In this document: positions 25,113-36,022 of the stretch, in pieces
Layout of the letters: the number at the start of each line of letters is the position of its first letter
Numbering within the stretch: position 1 is the first letter of the stretch
NCBI GenBank assembly: GCA_033345195.1
Contig: JAWPOE010000008.1
Coordinates: 181,048 to 245,047 of the forward strand
Length of the DNA: 64,000 bases
From: Alphaproteobacteria bacterium
GTDB taxonomy: Bacteria > Pseudomonadota > Alphaproteobacteria > Rs-D84
Direction of reading: 5' to 3'
Translations under genes and position numbers: made by a program
The notes under the pieces: generated by a model
Seen by the model: only the letters and a program-made list of their open reading frames with translations
Database searches by the model: none
Told to the model about the DNA's origin: nothing

Positions 25113-27594
25113 AAATATTTTTTATGCAACAAATCCAGCAAGAATTACAGATGCGTTATGGCAGGTGATGTGTGATGCAGGTGTTGATGTCGCAGATATG
25201 TTGATTTTTTTGCCCAGTCGTCGTGCAGTCAGAACTGTTGAAAAAATGATTGCAGAAAAGTCTGGTGGTGTTGCGATATTGCCAACGCTGGTTGCATTGG
25301 GCGAAGGCGTCGATGACCCAGACACAGATGAAATAGTTGCAGATGATGTCATTTCAAATACAGAACGTGTCGTTGTGTTGGCAAAATTATTAAGCGCAGA
25401 TTCAAATGTTGGAAATTTATCAACTGCATTGCCTGTGGCCCGCGATTTGGTGCGTATGCAGGATTATTTAGAGAATGAAGGGATTGATGCACGTGATATT
25501 TGTTGGGCTGAATTGATTGATGAAAAATATGCAACCCATTTTCAAAACAAGGCAAAGATATTAAATATATTGTCTGAATTTATGCCGGTATATGCAAATG
25601 GGCGAATTACATCGACCCAGGCGCGTAATCGCGATATTCGTGAATGGATTAAATATTTAGATAAGTATCGTTTGGTGATTGTGTGTTCGTCAACCGCCAG
25701 TGTGCCTGCGACGGCTGATTTAATGGTGGCGGTTGCAGAACGTGAAAATGGGCGAATAATATTGCCTGGTAAAATTTCGGGGCGTGTGGTTGATTTTGAA
25801 TTAAGTACAAATCCGTATAATTGTGAATATAAATTTTTGCAACGTATTGGTGTGGCGCCAGATGAAGTTCGTGAAATTGATGTTGGTGCGTCTGCGATTG
25901 ATTTTATGAATTATGCATTTGGTAATGATACAGCATTGCTAGATATAAATTGCGAATTGTCGCATTGTCATTTGATTGAATGTCCACGTGAAGCGGTTGA
26001 GGCAGAAACCGTCGCAGAAATCGCAACGTGTGCAATTGCAGATAAAAAATCTGTGTTGGTAATAACGCCGGATGCCGCCGGGAATCAGCGTATTGCCGTG
26101 TCGTTGGCGGCACGTGGAATTGATGCAGATTTTTCGGGTGGGCAATCTGGTGCAATGACAGATGCCGGACGTGCGGTGCTAAATTTGCTTGATTCATGGA
26201 TAGAAAACGAATCGAAATTGTTTGATAAAATATATGCAGAATCAGGTTTTGATTTATTTAATACAATTTCAAAAATTGTTGAAATGTATAGTGAGAACTT
26301 TATGCCGTATGTTGTCGTTGATGATAGTGTGTCAATTGCGATTTGGGGGGCGATTAAGGAATATTCAGATGCGTTGGCGTGTGCGGATGTTCGTTTGAAT
26401 TTGTTGGATGCGCGTGCGTTTGTCGCAGATGCGATTTCTGGGGTGTCGATACGTGGTGTGATGAATGACGGTGCGTCGGTTGTTGTGTTGGGAACAATCG
26501 AATCGCGTATGCAGACCGCAGATGTCGTGATTTTAACCGGTTTGAACGAGGGGATGTTCCCCGCACGTGGCTATGAAAACGCGTGGTTGCCACGGCATTT
26601 GTCAGAAAAGATTGGATTGCCGTCGCCAGACAGAAAGGTGGCTTTGCAGGCATTGGATTTTATGAATTTGTCGTGTGGCGCGAATGTGTTTTGGTTGCGC
26701 AGTATGGTTGCAGGCTCTGTTCAGACGACCGAATCGCGTTTTTTATCACGCGTGATTGCGCGACGCGGGCAATTTAAGACAGACACAGAAATATTAAACG
26801 GTGTATTGGCGCGTGATGATGTGCCGTATATGCCGTTGGATAATTCTGCGCCAAATCCGCCGTCTGATTGGTCCGATGTTTATGTGACGGCATTAGAATT
26901 GTTGATTCATAATCCATATGCGTTTTATGTGCGGCATATTTTGCGGTTAAAGGTCTTGGATGATTATTGGGTTGCACCTGATGCACGAAAGTTTGGGGAT
27001 TTGGTGCATTCTGTGATTGAAAACGGACACGGTTTTTCGCCAGATGCGCTGGTACATGAAATGGATAGGCGTGCATTAGAGGTCTTGGGACAGGGCAGTA
27101 TTGCGTTTCATTTCTGGCATAAAAGATTTGTTGAAATTGCGCCAATTATTGCGCGTGAATTAAATGCGATGCCGAATATGATGTCTGAAATTGCAGGTGC
27201 TGTTAAAATCGCGGGGCGTACGGTTCGTGCGCGTGCCGATGGTGTTTGGGATTCTGGCGTTATGGATATCAAGACGGGCGCCGCGCCGTCTAAATCACAG
27301 TTAGAGCAGGGAAATATGCCACAATTACCGTTAGAGGCATTTATGCTGCAATCTGGCGGTTTTGTGGGGATGTCGTCTGTTGCACGGCCGATTATGCGTT
27401 TCTTGCAGTTAAAAAACAATGATGTTCGGGTTATTGAATATGATGCCGATACCACTGCACAAATGATGAATGCCGCAATTGATAAGGTGACAGAATTATT
27501 TAATATTTATTCCGCGGGAAATGCACCATATGAATATCGTGAAACCAGTGAACAAAAATATAAAACTTATGATGATTTAGCGCGGGTGTTTTGA
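25099..27594 (+). CDS. addB: AddB-like double-strand break repair protein (PD-(D/E)XK nuclease)
   Basis: IFLPSRRA.R, GTIESRMQ..D.VIL.GLNEG, LE.L..NPY.FY...IL.L, RAD...DIKTG, QLPLEA. TTG start. Confidence 0.85.
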   Translation: MASNKNIFYATNPARITDALWQVMCDAGVDVADMLIFLPSRRAVRTVEKMIAEKSGGVAILPTLVALGEGVDDPDTDEIVADDVISNTERVVVLAKLLSADSNVGNLSTALPVARDLVRMQDYLENEGIDARDICWAELIDEKYATHFQNKAKILNILSEFMPVYANGRITSTQARNRDIREWIKYLDKYRLVIVCSSTASVPATADLMVAVAERENGRIILPGKISGRVVDFELSTNPYNCEYKFLQRIGVAPDEVREIDVGASAIDFMNYAFGNDTALLDINCELSHCHLIECPREAVEAETVAEIATCAIADKKSVLVITPDAAGNQRIAVSLAARGIDADFSGGQSGAMTDAGRAVLNLLDSWIENESKLFDKIYAESGFDLFNTISKIVEMYSENFMPYVVVDDSVSIAIWGAIKEYSDALACADVRLNLLDARAFVADAISGVSIRGVMNDGASVVVLGTIESRMQTADVVILTGLNEGMFPARGYENAWLPRHLSEKIGLPSPDRKVALQALDFMNLSCGANVFWLRSMVAGSVQTTESRFLSRVIARRGQFKTDTEILNGVLARDDVPYMPLDNSAPNPPSDWSDVYVTALELLIHNPYAFYVRHILRLKVLDDYWVAPDARKFGDLVHSVIENGHGFSPDALVHEMDRRALEVLGQGSIAFHFWHKRFVEIAPIIARELNAMPNMMSEIAGAVKIAGRTVRARADGVWDSGVMDIKTGAAPSKSQLEQGNMPQLPLEAFMLQSGGFVGMSSVARPIMRFLQLKNNDVRVIEYDADTTAQMMNAAIDKVTELFNIYSAGNAPYEYRETSEQKYKTYDDLARVF

Positions 27595-27627
27595 ATTTAA
27601 TAATTTTTATGATATAATACGCCAGAT

Positions 27628-28815
27628 ATGGCGAGAGATAAATATATTTCAGTAGGAAAGAAAGTTAGTGGATTTTCGTTTGCAAATCTGGGGTTCTTTA
27701 CAGGTTTTGCAGACGGTATTTATAATGCTGTATATTCCCTGGTTATTTTAGAGATATTTAAATCATCTGCAATTGTTGGTTTGTATGTGGGGTTGTATTC
27801 AATCTTTTGTTTTATTGTTGGGTTGTTTGCAAACGAAATATTTCGTCAGTTTTCAAAGGTGCGTGTGTTTTACTTTGTAATGCTGATGTTGGCGGTTTGT
27901 TACACGATGATGAGTTTTTCGATTCTGCCACGGACATTTATTATATTGGACTATACAACAGGTATTGCGATTACGTTGGTTGCGGTATTAATCCCGTTGT
28001 TTATGTCAGACTTTTCAAAAAATATTGGCATGGCGCGGTTAAATTCGCGATATCATTTATGGATGAATATTGGCGCTGTCTTTGCGCCAACAGTTGCGGT
28101 GTTGATTGCAAATCATTTTGGAAATAGGGCGGCATTCTTTGGGTCTGCATTGATTTATTTTGCGGGTTGGGTTCTATTCAAATGTTTGCGTGTCGTTCAA
28201 GAAGATAAACAGATAAAGTCGATGAATCCGCGTAAAACATTTGTTGGCTTGTGGAAGAATACCAAGGATTTCTTTCGATTGCCGGGTATGACACGTGCAT
28301 ACTTGGTGAATTTTGGTTATTATTCATTGCGTGCGATGCGTGTTTTATATGTGCCAATATTGGTGATTGAAAATGGTTTCAGCAAGGATACGCTTGGTTG
28401 GGTATTGACTTTGGGAATTGTGCCGTATTTGATATTAAGTGAATTTATGGGACGTGCGGTTCGTAAATATGGAAAAACCATTTGGTTGGTTTTGGGATTC
28501 GGGTCGTTTGCAGTGTTGTCTGCGATTGCAACGTTTGCGACAGGTGTGCCGTTGTTGGCGATATTTGTTGCATGGCAGGTTTCGGGCGCATTGATGGAAT
28601 CTGTGCATGATTTGCTATTCTTTGATGGTACGCAAAAATCACAACAGACAAGGTATTATGGTGTGTTCAGGACCAGTTCTAACCTGCCAAATGTTGTTGC
28701 GCCAATCTTGGGGGCGGGTATTATCGCGTTCTTTGGTACGACATCGGCCGTGTGGACGGTGACGGCGTTGGTTGGTGCGTTTAGTATTTTGGTGCTGGTG
28801 ACCAAAAGACGCTAA
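27628..28815 (+). CDS. MFS transporter
   Basis: About 12 hydrophobic segments in two halves, 395 aa. Confidence 0.8.
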   Translation: MARDKYISVGKKVSGFSFANLGFFTGFADGIYNAVYSLVILEIFKSSAIVGLYVGLYSIFCFIVGLFANEIFRQFSKVRVFYFVMLMLAVCYTMMSFSILPRTFIILDYTTGIAITLVAVLIPLFMSDFSKNIGMARLNSRYHLWMNIGAVFAPTVAVLIANHFGNRAAFFGSALIYFAGWVLFKCLRVVQEDKQIKSMNPRKTFVGLWKNTKDFFRLPGMTRAYLVNFGYYSLRAMRVLYVPILVIENGFSKDTLGWVLTLGIVPYLILSEFMGRAVRKYGKTIWLVLGFGSFAVLSAIATFATGVPLLAIFVAWQVSGALMESVHDLLFFDGTQKSQQTRYYGVFRTSSNLPNVVAPILGAGIIAFFGTTSAVWTVTALVGAFSILVLVTKRR

Positions 28816-28893
28816 AATTCTGGTTGCTTTATAACGCTTGCATTTTGTTGGGTTTATTTGTATGATTTTCCTGAGATTAAAGGGGAAATATAT

Positions 28894-29973
28894 ATGGCAA
28901 AAAAAGATATGGTAAAGGATGCAGGGGCTGGGAAAAATCCGGCGTTGGAATCTGCGTTGGCACAAATTCAAAAGCAATTCGGTAAAGAAGCCATCATGAA
29001 AATGGGTGATGGTTCGCAACAGAATATAGAGGCGATTTCTTCGGGCTCGCTGGGGTTGGATATTGCGTTGGGTATCGGTGGTTATCCAAAGGGGCGTATT
29101 GTTGAAATTTATGGACCTGAGAGTTCGGGTAAAACAACGTTGGCGTTGCATGCGGTTGCAGAATCACAGAAAAAGGGTGGTACGTGTGCGTATATCGATG
29201 CGGAAAATGCGCTGGACCCCAGTTATGCAAAAAAATTAGGCGTCGATGTTGCAAATTTAATTATTTCACAGCCTGATTCTGGGGAACAGGCGTTGGAAAT
29301 CGCAGATACGCTGATTAAATCTGGGGCGGTTGATGTTGTGGTTATCGATTCTGTTGCGGCATTGGTGCCAAAGGCAGAATTAGAAGGCAATATTGGTGAT
29401 TCTTTTGTTGGGACAACCGCACGTTTGATGTCGCAATCATTAAAGAAGTTGGCGGGTTCTGTATCGCGCAGTAATACATTGCTTATCTTTATCAATCAGA
29501 TTCGTATGAAGATTGGCGTTATGTTTGGTAACCCAGAAACAACATCTGGTGGTAATGCGTTGAAATTCTATGCGTCTGTGCGCCTTGATATTCGCCGTAC
29601 AGGACAGATTAAAGACAAAGAAAATATCATCGGTAATGAAACACGGGTCAAGGTTGTAAAAAATAAAGTTGCACCACCATTCCGTACAGTTGACTTTAAG
29701 ATTATGTATGGCGAAGGTATTTCAAGAATCAGTGAAATTCTGGATATGGGTGTGAAATATGACCTGATTGAAAAAGCCGGCAGTTTCTATTCTTATAATA
29801 GCGAACGTATGGGCCAGGGCGAAGCGAATGCCCGTGCATGGTTAAAAGACCATCCGGATGTTCAGCAGGCGTTGCTGGATAAAATTATGGCCCGGGCATC
29901 TGGTATCGCGGAAGAAATGACAACCGGACCAATTGATGATACAGAAGATGTTATGAACGAAATAGATGAATAG
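28894..29973 (+). CDS. recA: recombinase RecA
   Basis: [49 protein letters not shown]. Confidence 0.99.
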   Translation: MAKKDMVKDAGAGKNPALESALAQIQKQFGKEAIMKMGDGSQQNIEAISSGSLGLDIALGIGGYPKGRIVEIYGPESSGKTTLALHAVAESQKKGGTCAYIDAENALDPSYAKKLGVDVANLIISQPDSGEQALEIADTLIKSGAVDVVVIDSVAALVPKAELEGNIGDSFVGTTARLMSQSLKKLAGSVSRSNTLLIFINQIRMKIGVMFGNPETTSGGNALKFYASVRLDIRRTGQIKDKENIIGNETRVKVVKNKVAPPFRTVDFKIMYGEGISRISEILDMGVKYDLIEKAGSFYSYNSERMGQGEANARAWLKDHPDVQQALLDKIMARASGIAEEMTTGPIDDTEDVMNEIDE

Positions 29974-30034
29974 TAAAAAGGTCCCCAGTCATTGTGGCTG
30001 GGGTATTTTGTAAAATATAAAAAGGGGTGTAGAT

Positions 30035-30931
30035 ATGAATTTGGGACGTACATGGGCATTAACAAAAATTTTATTTCAATCGCATATATTTAACTGGCCG
30101 TGGCGGTCGCGTGAACATAGACGTGATGTTCGAACTGATGTATTGTCACGTGTTGCGCCAGAATATTTTAAGCGGTATTTGCCGGCGGTAAAATCTGTTC
30201 AGGAAACAGAGGTTATAAAAGACGACAAAAATGAAAAGATTTTTACAATTTGGCAACAGGGTGAAGAAAATGCCCCAGAACTGGTGAAGTCTTGTTTTCG
30301 CAGTATTCGTAAGCATTGTAAGCAAGAACTGGTTGTGTTGGATGACAAGACAATATTTGATTATATAACGTTGCCGGATGTAATTGTTGAAAAGTACAAG
30401 GCAGGAAAAATTCGTCGCGCGCATTTTGCAGATATTTGTCGTGTTGAATTGTTGTATCAATATGGCGGCATATGGTTGGATTCAACAGATTTTGTTGTGT
30501 CGCCAATTCCAAAATGGATAATTGATGAAGACTTCTTTATGTATTTGGTTGGTGATAAAGTAGGTCAGAAGTATATGTTTTGTCAGAATTGCTTTATTCG
30601 TGGACGTCGTGGGTCTTATTTGTTGGGGGCGTGGCGTGCAATGATTTTGGAATACTGGAAAAACGAAAATAAAAGTTTTGATTACTTTATGCATCAGATG
30701 TTGTTCCAGACGTTGGTTCAGAATGATGAAAGGGCAAAAAAGTATTTCGCCAAAATGCCACATGTTGACCAATATCCAACACATACATTATGGCATGAAT
30801 ATAAATATCAGCCATTTGACCAGAAAAAGTTTGATGAATTGACTGCGGATGCTTTCTTTCAGAAAACAGCCTATGCGGATGCGCCAAAGCCTGGCACGTT
30901 TTCAGAGGCAATCTGTAATATGAACAAATAA
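30035..30931 (+). CDS. capsular polysaccharide synthesis protein (Caps_synth / GT32-like)
   Basis: IFTIWQQG.ENAP.LV..C, HFADICRVELL..YGGIWLDST, DYF. Confidence 0.85.
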   Translation: MNLGRTWALTKILFQSHIFNWPWRSREHRRDVRTDVLSRVAPEYFKRYLPAVKSVQETEVIKDDKNEKIFTIWQQGEENAPELVKSCFRSIRKHCKQELVVLDDKTIFDYITLPDVIVEKYKAGKIRRAHFADICRVELLYQYGGIWLDSTDFVVSPIPKWIIDEDFFMYLVGDKVGQKYMFCQNCFIRGRRGSYLLGAWRAMILEYWKNENKSFDYFMHQMLFQTLVQNDERAKKYFAKMPHVDQYPTHTLWHEYKYQPFDQKKFDELTADAFFQKTAYADAPKPGTFSEAICNMNK

Positions 30932-30952
30932 AAAAATAAAAAGGGGTGTGTG

Positions 30953-31981
30953 ATGCCTGCAATTTCAATAATTATTCCGATTTATAATGTTGAAAAATAT
31001 TTACGTAGATGTTTGGATAGTGTATTAAATCAGACCTTTACCAATTGGGAGGCAATTTGTGTCAACGACGGCAGTCCAGATGATAGTTATAAAATCTTGG
31101 ACGAATATGCCGCCCGTGACAAGCGATTTAAAATCGTAAACAAAGAAAATGGCGGTTTGTCTGATGCACGTAATGCAGGTATGGCGGTCGCAACAGGTGA
31201 TTATATTCTGTATTTAGATAGTGATGATTTTATTCATCCGCAAACAATGGAAATTGCATATTTCCTGGCAAAGCGTGATGGTTCAGATATTGTGTCGTTT
31301 ACATATGACAGAATTTATCGTCCACAATTGATGGTGCGTCATGTTCTGGGACGTGATACGGATAATGTTATCCCAGGGCGTATTCACAAAAAATATAATC
31401 CGGGGCGTATCAAGACGTTGGTGACAGATGATATTTATGAATATGCAACAGAGCGTACACATAATGCACCAGGGCGTAAGAAAAAGTGGCTGGTAAAGCA
31501 TTGTCAGGTTTGGAAAAATATGTATAAACGTGAACTGATTGCAGATATTCCATTTATAAAGGGAATTTTGTTTGAAGACTTCCCATGGTGGAGCCAGGTC
31601 ATGTTACGTAATCCACGTACAACGATTGCGCCACTGCCGTTGTATTTCTATATACCAAACTTTGGCGGGATTGTGTTAAGTGCGAAACAGTTACGTATTA
31701 TGCAAAGTTTGTGTGTTGGAATAAAGACAGCCTATACAATTTACACAGAACGTGCGACAAAATATCAGATGCAAAAATGGTCTGAAAATTTCCAATGGTA
31801 TTTTATCAAATGGGCGTTTCGTAAAATAAAATATATTGATTCAGATGGTGATATGGAGGCTGCACGTGAATGTTTCCGTGAACTGGAACGTATTGGTGCG
31901 TTGGATAGGCCACCATACAGATGGGCAAAAAAACTGCGTATGGAAATATGCAAGTTTATTAAAACGTGTAGATATGAATAA
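30953..31981 (+). CDS. glycosyltransferase family 2
   Basis: SIIIPIYNVEKYL..CLDS, VNDGSPD, NGGLSDARN.G, LDSDD, FED. Confidence 0.92.
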   Translation: MPAISIIIPIYNVEKYLRRCLDSVLNQTFTNWEAICVNDGSPDDSYKILDEYAARDKRFKIVNKENGGLSDARNAGMAVATGDYILYLDSDDFIHPQTMEIAYFLAKRDGSDIVSFTYDRIYRPQLMVRHVLGRDTDNVIPGRIHKKYNPGRIKTLVTDDIYEYATERTHNAPGRKKKWLVKHCQVWKNMYKRELIADIPFIKGILFEDFPWWSQVMLRNPRTTIAPLPLYFYIPNFGGIVLSAKQLRIMQSLCVGIKTAYTIYTERATKYQMQKWSENFQWYFIKWAFRKIKYIDSDGDMEAARECFRELERIGALDRPPYRWAKKLRMEICKFIKTCRYE

Positions 31982-32009
31982 AAAAAATCCCGCATTCGCG
32001 GGATTTTTT
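31981..32009. terminator. bidirectional terminator
   Basis: AAAAAATCCCGC-ATTC-GCGGGATTTTTT. Confidence 0.8.
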
Positions 32010-33021
32010 ATTTTTCAAATTTGGATTTTTCTGGAAATCTTTCCGCCATAAATTTTGCATTGTCACGCAGTATTGTTTCATCTGTGTCGCGCGAATCGTT
32101 TATGCAAAATGTTGGTGCGCGCAACAGGGCGCTGCGTGCGCTGGATGTATCGGTGCAACAAACGGGCGAATTTTTTATCCACGGCATAAATATTGCATTG
32201 TAAATAAAATCTGTGATTTTATGTCGTGTATGCTTGCGCGCGCGACTGTGTATAAATACGGCACGGTCGTTTATTAAGTCGTACAGATTGAACAGCCAAC
32301 GTTGAACCTCGTTATTAGTTCTGAATTTGTTTCTGATTTGTTGGTCGATTTGACCGGTTATCATTGGGTGGTTGCGACACGCAATCCATGTTGATTTTAG
32401 GTATGGGTCAATGCCGTGCGATGGACGATATTTGTAAACTTTTTTGCCGAAAATGCGTTCGATAAATTGTGCAGATAGTATCAATGTTTGGGTGTATTCG
32501 TCAACGCGTTCCAACCAGGTACCTATGTTTTTACTGCGGTTGGAATGATTGCTGTATAATACACGTGCGCGTCCGTATTTGTCATAAAAGAAATCTGGTG
32601 TCAGTGGACGGTTAAAGAACATGTCGTCGTTCATTAATAGAAAGTGTTCTGATAGCCCCGGTATGTTTGGTATGCACATTTCGATTGCGGTCGCGTTAAA
32701 TGTTGGTATCGCGTCGGCCGGCATAATTTGTTCGTGTGGGACAATTGTGATTTTCGGATGTTTGGTGTTTAGCCATTTGGGAACCTGGTTAAAACCAGTC
32801 ACAATATAAATATGATTTACCCAAGGGGCAAATTTATCAACACTGCGTAATGAATACAGAAATTCACCGTTGTCGCGCCAGCGTGCCTCTATCGCGGCAT
32901 CTTTATAAACAGGGCGTTTGCCTTTGATAATTTTTAGCCATTTATCTTTTTCAGCGCGCCATTTTTTGTCGCGGTCGTCAACCCATAAATAAACGATATC
33001 GATTTTCATGTCTGGTATCAT
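32008..33021 (-). CDS. Stealth-family hexose-1-phosphate transferase (CpsY/SacB-like)
   Basis: CR1 IDIVYLWVD, CR2 RWRDNGE..YSLRS...LSEHFLLMNDDMFF, CR4 FCIND. Confidence 0.9.
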   Translation of the reverse strand: MIPDMKIDIVYLWVDDRDKKWRAEKDKWLKIIKGKRPVYKDAAIEARWRDNGEFLYSLRSVDKFAPWVNHIYIVTGFNQVPKWLNTKHPKITIVPHEQIMPADAIPTFNATAIEMCIPNIPGLSEHFLLMNDDMFFNRPLTPDFFYDKYGRARVLYSNHSNRSKNIGTWLERVDEYTQTLILSAQFIERIFGKKVYKYRPSHGIDPYLKSTWIACRNHPMITGQIDQQIRNKFRTNNEVQRWLFNLYDLINDRAVFIHSRARKHTRHKITDFIYNAIFMPWIKNSPVCCTDTSSARSALLRAPTFCINDSRDTDETILRDNAKFMAERFPEKSKFEK

Positions 33022-33022
33022 T

Positions 33023-33877
33023 TTACACCCCCGATTTTTTGAATCTGGTTGGAATTTTTATAATACGTTTTATGCCCAGCATGCCAGGCTTGTCCCAGGC
33101 ATAAATTGGGCGAAATATGCGTTGCATAACACGTGCAATGGTCAGCCATTTTTCACCATGCGCACGACGGTTCGTCACGTCATTTATTGTGCCGTTGCCA
33201 CGACGTTTCAGGTGGTTTACCCAGTCGGGACCGCGTGATGCGGCCTTGGTGACCAACATGTTCATATCAACTGCGCCAAAGTGCAATAGGTACAGGTTTT
33301 TATCAATGTGGAAATTGTGACCTTTGATACTGTGAAAGCCGCTGCCCCAACGGACAGGACGGTTTATAACAACGGGCTTGGTGTATCTGGTTGATAGTAA
33401 TGCGTATGAACGTTGGGTTAAAAATGGTTCGGACTGATTTAGTGTTTTTTCATGTTTTAAATGTTGACCAACGTCCAGCCCCAGACCAGATACAGTTGTA
33501 TTTATTTTTGTTTCAGATAAATATTGGGACAATGTTTTATTCAGGGCAGGGTCAACAATTAAAAATTCATCACAATCACAACCGATAACAATGTCGTATT
33601 CGTTTAGCAGTTTTTTCGCCAAATCGGACATTAATCCAATGCGATATTTGTCGCCGGCACTGCGTGACATGTCGGTGTGTGGCAATTTTGTGACGTGCGC
33701 AGAACCAACGTTCTTTGGCGTCTTTTGATCTGTACCATCCAGATAAATATACAGGTTTTCTGTGCCAAACTGGTTGCCGTAATAGCGTATCCAACGGGAC
33801 AGGAAAAATTCATCGTTTCGTGCCATCGTTATGGCGCAAATACGTTTGTGAAGATTCTTTTTATTTTTGGTTGTCAT
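33023..33877 (-). CDS. glycosyltransferase family 2-like (Glyco_tranf_2_4 type)
   Basis: TMARND..FL..WIRYY, DCDEFL, W..GFH, LLHF. Confidence 0.8.
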   Translation of the reverse strand: MTTKNKKNLHKRICAITMARNDEFFLSRWIRYYGNQFGTENLYIYLDGTDQKTPKNVGSAHVTKLPHTDMSRSAGDKYRIGLMSDLAKKLLNEYDIVIGCDCDEFLIVDPALNKTLSQYLSETKINTTVSGLGLDVGQHLKHEKTLNQSEPFLTQRSYALLSTRYTKPVVINRPVRWGSGFHSIKGHNFHIDKNLYLLHFGAVDMNMLVTKAASRGPDWVNHLKRRGNGTINDVTNRRAHGEKWLTIARVMQRIFRPIYAWDKPGMLGIKRIIKIPTRFKKSGV

Positions 33878-34737
33878 ATTCCCTCTATAAATAATTTATG
33901 AAATGCGTGGTTAATGTTTCTGAATATAATTTTTATCGGGTTGCGTGTTATCAGCCATTTAATATGATTTTCACCATATGTTGCGCGCGCAGACGATAAT
34001 ATTGCGTCGCGTGTATCAGAATCAATATTTCGCAATATGTATGAAATTTGGCGACCCAGTGCGCCATGATTGCGTGTAAATGCAACGCATTTTATAAATG
34101 GCATGCCGATTTTATAAAACTTCTTTACATTGTTGTATACGCTGCGTCCTGGGGCGTTGAATAGACAGCACCACGATAAATTATTTTCGGTGATCTGTTT
34201 TGAAAAGCCTTGCTCATATTGACGCGTGATTTCACCCTTGTGCGGTAATTTTGTAATTTGGTGCATAAATTGGTCATACCATCTGGATAAAAACACCGTT
34301 GGTGTCATACCGATAAACCATGATTGAATATGTGGGTGGTGGCGGTGTGGGTTCGCAACCAGACCAAATGCATCGCATGGCAGTGATTCCATGCGGGTAA
34401 AATAAGAATCCAGTGGATACAATGGACCATAAACCGAATCGTTTACCATATAGACGTAGTCGTATTCAGTCAGGTCTAAATTTTGAGTTGCCCATATGTA
34501 TGCACGTTTGTAAGAGCCAAAATCATATTCGCCGTGGCGCGCGCCGGTGGCGTATAGAGTGATGTTTTTTAATTTTGATAGTTCTGTTTTTGTGCAATCA
34601 GAATCCATGACTAAAATAATATCGCCAAATTGGGATAATTTTTTTGTATAATTTAATAATGCATTGTCGATTTTGCCCGCTTTGTCATAGCCGGCGAATA
34701 AGAACAGGCGTTTTATCCTAGAATTCTTTGGTTTCAT
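33874..34737 (-). CDS. RgpF-like rhamnan synthesis protein
   Basis: LFAGYD, YDFGSYK, NDSVYGPL, HIQSWF, YEQGFS. Confidence 0.8.
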   Translation of the reverse strand: MKPKNSRIKRLFLFAGYDKAGKIDNALLNYTKKLSQFGDIILVMDSDCTKTELSKLKNITLYATGARHGEYDFGSYKRAYIWATQNLDLTEYDYVYMVNDSVYGPLYPLDSYFTRMESLPCDAFGLVANPHRHHPHIQSWFIGMTPTVFLSRWYDQFMHQITKLPHKGEITRQYEQGFSKQITENNLSWCCLFNAPGRSVYNNVKKFYKIGMPFIKCVAFTRNHGALGRQISYILRNIDSDTRDAILSSARATYGENHIKWLITRNPIKIIFRNINHAFHKLFIEGI

Positions 34738-34789
34738 ATTATATAATTTACATAAAATATAATCATTTTGCAACCAAGGACTTTATTTT

Positions 34790-35986
34790 ATGTCAGTTAA
34801 GATTTATGCACCAGATTCTTATAAGAAATATTTCGATAAAAAAACCGCGGGTCAGTCTATTGTGTCGGGTCTGGATATAACAGTTGTGGATAATGGGGCG
34901 ATTGTTATTGACCCGCGCGATCATGGTTTTGGTGTTTTTGATGAACAGGGGCAATTTGTTAAGGCATCACTGCAAATGCGTAAAAATAATGGGCAATTTA
35001 TTCCAAAGGTTCCAGAAAATATGCCGTATGTTGATGATGATGTTTTGTATTTTGGGAATGTGTATCCGGCGTTTGGACATTTCTTGTTGGAACATATGAA
35101 TCGCGGTTGGGGATGGTTGCGTGATGAATATCGGCATTGCAAGGTTGTGCTGGTTAATAATAAGTTAATAAAAGATATTCCGGGGTATATGTTCGATTTG
35201 ATTGAGATATTGGGTGTAAAACGTGAAAATATAATTGTGTTAAATGAAAGTACAAAGTTTCGTCGTGTTGTTATTCCGCAACAGGCGTTTAATATTCCAA
35301 TTATGTCGTCAATTGAATTTGGTGAAACGTTTTCTGCAATGGCAGATAATGCACATGGTCCGTCCTATGACAAGGTATATTTGTCCCGTGACAAGTTAAA
35401 TATGCGACGCACATTGGGCGAGGCGCAAATTCAGAAAATCTTTGAAAAAAATGGTTTTAAGATAATTTACCCAGAAACATTGCCGCTGGAACAGCAGATT
35501 GCGGCGGTGAAAAACTGTCGTATGTTGGCGGGGTGTGCAGGAACCGCAATGCATTTGGCGCTGTTTATGCCACGTGGCGGAACTGTGATTCAGTTAAAGC
35601 GAAATTCAAAAGATGATTGCAGTGCGCCAACACAATATATGATAAACAACACGTTGGATTTAAAATCTGTCTTTATTTCGCCGTCGGTCGAAGAAACGCC
35701 AACAGGACATTTTACAAATGCACCACAAATTATCGCAGTAAATAAGTATATGAAGCAATTCTTGGATGACTATGGATTTAAATATACAGATGAAGATATT
35801 GCAGAAAACAAGGAAGTGTTGGCAGAATATCGTGCGCAAATGGTGGAGTATAAAAAGACCCAGGGCAGTGTGCGCGTAAATAAAATAAAACATGCATTGA
35901 TTAAATATTCCGCATGTCTGATACCGGGGCGCGAAAGACGTGGTCGTTATCGTGCGTATTTAAAATCGCGTTTTGTTGCGAAATAA
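34790..35986 (+). CDS. glycosyltransferase family 61
   Basis: FGHFLLE, KVYLSR, GF.II.PE.L..EQQI, GTAMH.ALF. Confidence 0.8.
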   Translation: MSVKIYAPDSYKKYFDKKTAGQSIVSGLDITVVDNGAIVIDPRDHGFGVFDEQGQFVKASLQMRKNNGQFIPKVPENMPYVDDDVLYFGNVYPAFGHFLLEHMNRGWGWLRDEYRHCKVVLVNNKLIKDIPGYMFDLIEILGVKRENIIVLNESTKFRRVVIPQQAFNIPIMSSIEFGETFSAMADNAHGPSYDKVYLSRDKLNMRRTLGEAQIQKIFEKNGFKIIYPETLPLEQQIAAVKNCRMLAGCAGTAMHLALFMPRGGTVIQLKRNSKDDCSAPTQYMINNTLDLKSVFISPSVEETPTGHFTNAPQIIAVNKYMKQFLDDYGFKYTDEDIAENKEVLAEYRAQMVEYKKTQGSVRVNKIKHALIKYSACLIPGRERRGRYRAYLKSRFVAK

Positions 35987-36014
35987 AGAACCGCCATTTG
36001 GCGGTTCTTTTTTT
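35985..36014. terminator. bidirectional terminator
   Basis: AAAGAACCGCC-ATTT-GGCGGTTCTTTTTT. Confidence 0.8.
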
Positions 36015-36022
36015 GTTTTTTA

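Noticed and set aside
25099-27594. addB without adjacent addA (also lptG without lptF)
   Set aside because: Operon fragmentation is general in this window; partners may lie elsewhere and cannot be judged here.
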